A stretch of DNA of 63,288 nucleotides, counting the filler, from Reclinomonas americana ATCC 50394 (taxonomy: Eukaryota), in the NCBI GenBank assembly GCA_048213135.1. It is 15 parts of 15 records of this genome, joined end to end, with 100 filler letters (N's around TTAATTAATTAA, not from the genome) between each part and the next. Parts side by side here need not be neighbours in the genome. Positions count along the whole stretch, not along the records: positions 51,744 to 63,288 come from AFZH01024042.1; 14 more parts are not named here. One strand, written 5' to 3'. The position numbers were made by a program, and so were the translations under genes. The notes beneath the pieces are model-generated. The model did no database searches. It was not told the origin of the DNA and saw nothing but the letters and a program-made list of their open reading frames with translations. Below are positions 60,343 to 63,288 of this stretch, in pieces. Each line of letters opens with the position of its first letter. Positions within the stretch are counted from its first letter, which is position 1.

Positions 60343-62275
60343 ATGTCAAGCGAGACAACAAGGACTGACGGCGGTGGTGCATCCTCCTCCTCCGCTGCAT
60401 CACTCCGACTCGAGACACTCGCCGTCTCTTCGCGACACTGTCACGCTCCGGCACACTCCGCTGCGCTGGAGGAGCTGGAGACAGCACCACCGAGACCACT
60501 CACCACACCCATCTACACGAGCTCCACGTGCGTGCAGTCACGCACAGGTGGTGGGGACCGATCGCGACTGACATGCATTCCCGCAGCTATCTGTTGGATG
60601 ACAGCCACCACGCAACACTGGTGCAGAACGATGCGGCGGCTGGCACAGGCTCCAGCCCGTACTTTTACAGCCGTTGGGTGAGTCTGCGGTGGGGAGGATC
60701 GGAGAATCCGTGTGTGTCTCATCAGCCCTCTACTCCACAGGGAAATCCGACGGCCGAGTCGGTGGCGAATCAGGTCTGCCGACTGCCGCACTCACTTGCT
60801 GTTGCAGTATGGTTGCTGATGTTTCATGCGTGTATGCTTCTGCCAAGATTGCCACGTTGGAGGGTGCATACGGCACTCACGTGACGGCCAGTGGCATGGC
60901 CGCCGTCAGCTCCGTACTGTTGACTGTTGCGTTGTCGTTAGTCTTGTGAACCAAGTAACACTATCGCGAGCTGACAATGTTTGTGGCGCTCCAGTTTCTG
61001 AAGAGTGGCGACCATGCCATTGTCAGCTCTGCAGTTGCGTGCCTGTGCCGTTTCCACGACGTTGTTGTGGCATGATTGCTGACATGCATGGGTGCAGGTG
61101 TACAGCGCCACGCATGAGTTGTTCCGCGTGGTGCTGCCGGAGCACGGTGTGGAGACCACGTTTGTGGAGCAGACGTCCGTGCAGAACTTTGTGGACGCCA
61201 TGCGGCCCAACACGAGACTGGTGTACGGCGAGACGCCTGCCAATCCGACGATGTCGATTCTGGTCTGTCGTACGCTAGAGAAAAATGTCGCAGTGCCTGA
61301 GGCTGATTTTCGTGTGCATCTCGCAGGATTTGAAGGCATTTGGTGCCCTGCAGGGTGTTGATGGAGGTAATTCGTGGTGTGTTCCGTGCCTTCCTGAATC
61401 ACGCACTCACTCCCATCCTCGATCTCTGCAGCACCTCTCGTCAAGGTGGTCGATTCGACACAGGCGTCGCCTGTCAACCAACGACCGCTGCTGCACGGCG
61501 TGGACGTGTCGGTGCACAGTGCCACCAAGTTGCGCTCGCCCCGGCGAATGACCATGTGCAGACATGCTGATGGTTCAGTGCTGCTTGCAGATACCTCGGC
61601 GGTCACTCAGACTTGCTCGGCGGCTGCATCTCCTCTCGAACCGAAGAGCAGTATCTCCGCCTCCGCAAGTCCATGCGTCTCTTTGGCGGCGTCTTGTCGC
61701 CATTTGATTGCTTCCTCTTGCGTTAAGTCGACCACCGCTTTGCTCGTCTCGTGCGACTCACGGATTACCGCCGGCACAGAACGTGGTCTAAAGACGCTGC
61801 CGCTGCGCATCCACAAGCACAACGAGAACGCCATGCATCTGGCCCGCTTCCTGGCCGCCCATCCGAAAGTGGTGGTGGTGCACTACCCTGGCCTGGAGAC
61901 GCATCCGCAGCACGCAGTGGCAGCGGCACAGATGGACGGTTCGACGTCGCCCCCCAACCTCCACTGTCAGTGAGTTGCTGAGTTGTGTGTATGTGTGTGT
62001 CTGCAGGATTCGGCGGCATGGTGGCCTTCGAGGTAGCGAATGGCTTCGAGGGTGGAAAGCACGTGCTCGAGAACGTGCGCGTCATACAACTGGCCGTCTC
62101 TCTCGGTGGCACCGAGTCCCTCATCCAACATCCGGCATCCATGACACACGGCAGTGTGCCACCGGCGGCGCGTGCTGCGGCGGGGATCACCGACGGACTC
62201 CTGCGCTTCTCTGTGGGTCTTGAGCATGTTGACGATCTGCAGGCTGACTTGGAGCAGGCGCTGGCGTCGGTGTGA
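60343..62275 (+). CDS. PLP-dependent cystathionine/methionine gamma-lyase family enzyme (multi-exon)
   Basis: [52 protein letters not shown] (PLP Lys); [34 protein letters not shown]. Confidence 0.93.
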
Positions 62276-62529
62276 GTGGCCAAAAGAGAACGAAGAGAAG
62301 AGGTGGCGGTGGCAAAAAAAAGAGAGTGAAGAAGCCGACGGTCGGCCACTCGCTTCGTCCTGATCCTCAACGCAGCCGCAAAGACGAGGGCGGCCAACTC
62401 AGGCGGGCTTCTTCGGTGGTGAATAGGGATGGCAGCTGCAGATCTTGAGGTGCGTGTGGCAGAACAAGAAGCGAGATTGTGGGTTCGTTGTCGAAACTGG
62501 AATAATTCCATTGTTCGAGAATGTAGCAC

Positions 62530-63288
62530 CTCAGTGTGGATCTGTTCCAGCAGCAGTTGTCACCGATCCAGATGGTGGTAAGCACACATGCTGTACTCGA
62601 GTGACAAAAGAGAGAGGGAGGGAGGAAGCAAAAAAGAAAAGCGAAGAAGCCGCCGGTCTGCCTCACAAGCTCGCCACTGACACCGAAATGCAGTGGACGA
62701 GACTCGGAAGAACAGACACAGACGGACTTCTTCGATCTGGAGGTGGTGTCAAGCATGCTGCACTTGAGCACGGTACAGTGAGTCTGGTGGTTGAGCTTGT
62801 GGGTGCGGAGGGTGACTGCATGCTCACAGAGAGAGAGATTCTTGTTTCGGTATTTGCATTGTTTTCGCACTGGCAACTCAGTGTGGATCAGTCCAGCATC
62901 AGTTGTCACCGATCCAAATGATGGCGCGCATGCTGCACAAGAGCGAGAAAAGGAAGAGAGAGAGGAGAGGTGGGAGCAAAAAGAAGTGAAGCAGCCGCCG
63001 GTCAGCCTCACGAACTCGCCGTTGACACCGAAATGCAGTGGACGAAACTCGGAAGAACAGACACAGACGGACTTCTTCGACCTGGAGGTGGTGTCGAGCG
63101 TGCCATACTTGAGCGCACTATAATGATCCTGGTAGGTGAGCTTGTGGGTGAGGAAGGAGAATGCATGCTCAGAGAGAGATTCTTGTTGTCATTTGTTCAC
63201 ACTGGCAACACAGTGTGGATCAATCCAGCAGCAGTTGTCACCGATCCCGATAATGGTGGCACATATGCTACACTCGAGCACCAAAAGG
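62530..63288. repeat. Tandem repeat, ~330-350-bp unit, at least 2.2 copies, running to the window end
   Basis: cagtgtggatc...cagttgtcaccgatcc at 62532, 62879 and 63211; gacaccgaaatgcagtggacga in two copies. Confidence 0.9.

Overview
Draft assembly of a eukaryotic (protist-like, probably flagellated) nuclear genome. It consists of 15 contigs joined by 14 artificial 100-bp spacers (N44-TTAATTAATTAA-N44), and at least two genes continue across a spacer, so the contigs look ordered. Genes are compact and GC-rich, with many short (~65-140 nt) GT-AG introns and abundant CT/GA/CA microsatellites, so most ORF-track entries are exon fragments or noise. Recognisable genes: an EGF + Asp-box propeller protein, a PEX2-like protein, a GT77-like glycosyltransferase, a BBS-type chaperonin-like protein, four tandem WD40 paralogues with a shared SOCS-box-like tail, a RING/TRAF-Zn/coiled-coil/TLDc protein, an EYA phosphatase, an ABHD13/BEM46 hydrolase, a 7TM-RGS protein, a TPR protein, eIF6, a GH43 hydrolase, an ankyrin protein, a GCR1/CAR-like GPCR and a Cys/Met gamma-lyase. 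Top candidates for something new: (1) a small membrane selenoprotein invisible to the ORF track (in-frame UGA giving a ...SS-U-GPSGC* tail, plus a downstream SECIS-like hairpin); (2) a tandem WD40-SOCS-box-like family with variable blade number and hypervariable binding-face residues; (3) a cluster of short related peptides. All family calls come from motifs read by eye; no database search was run.
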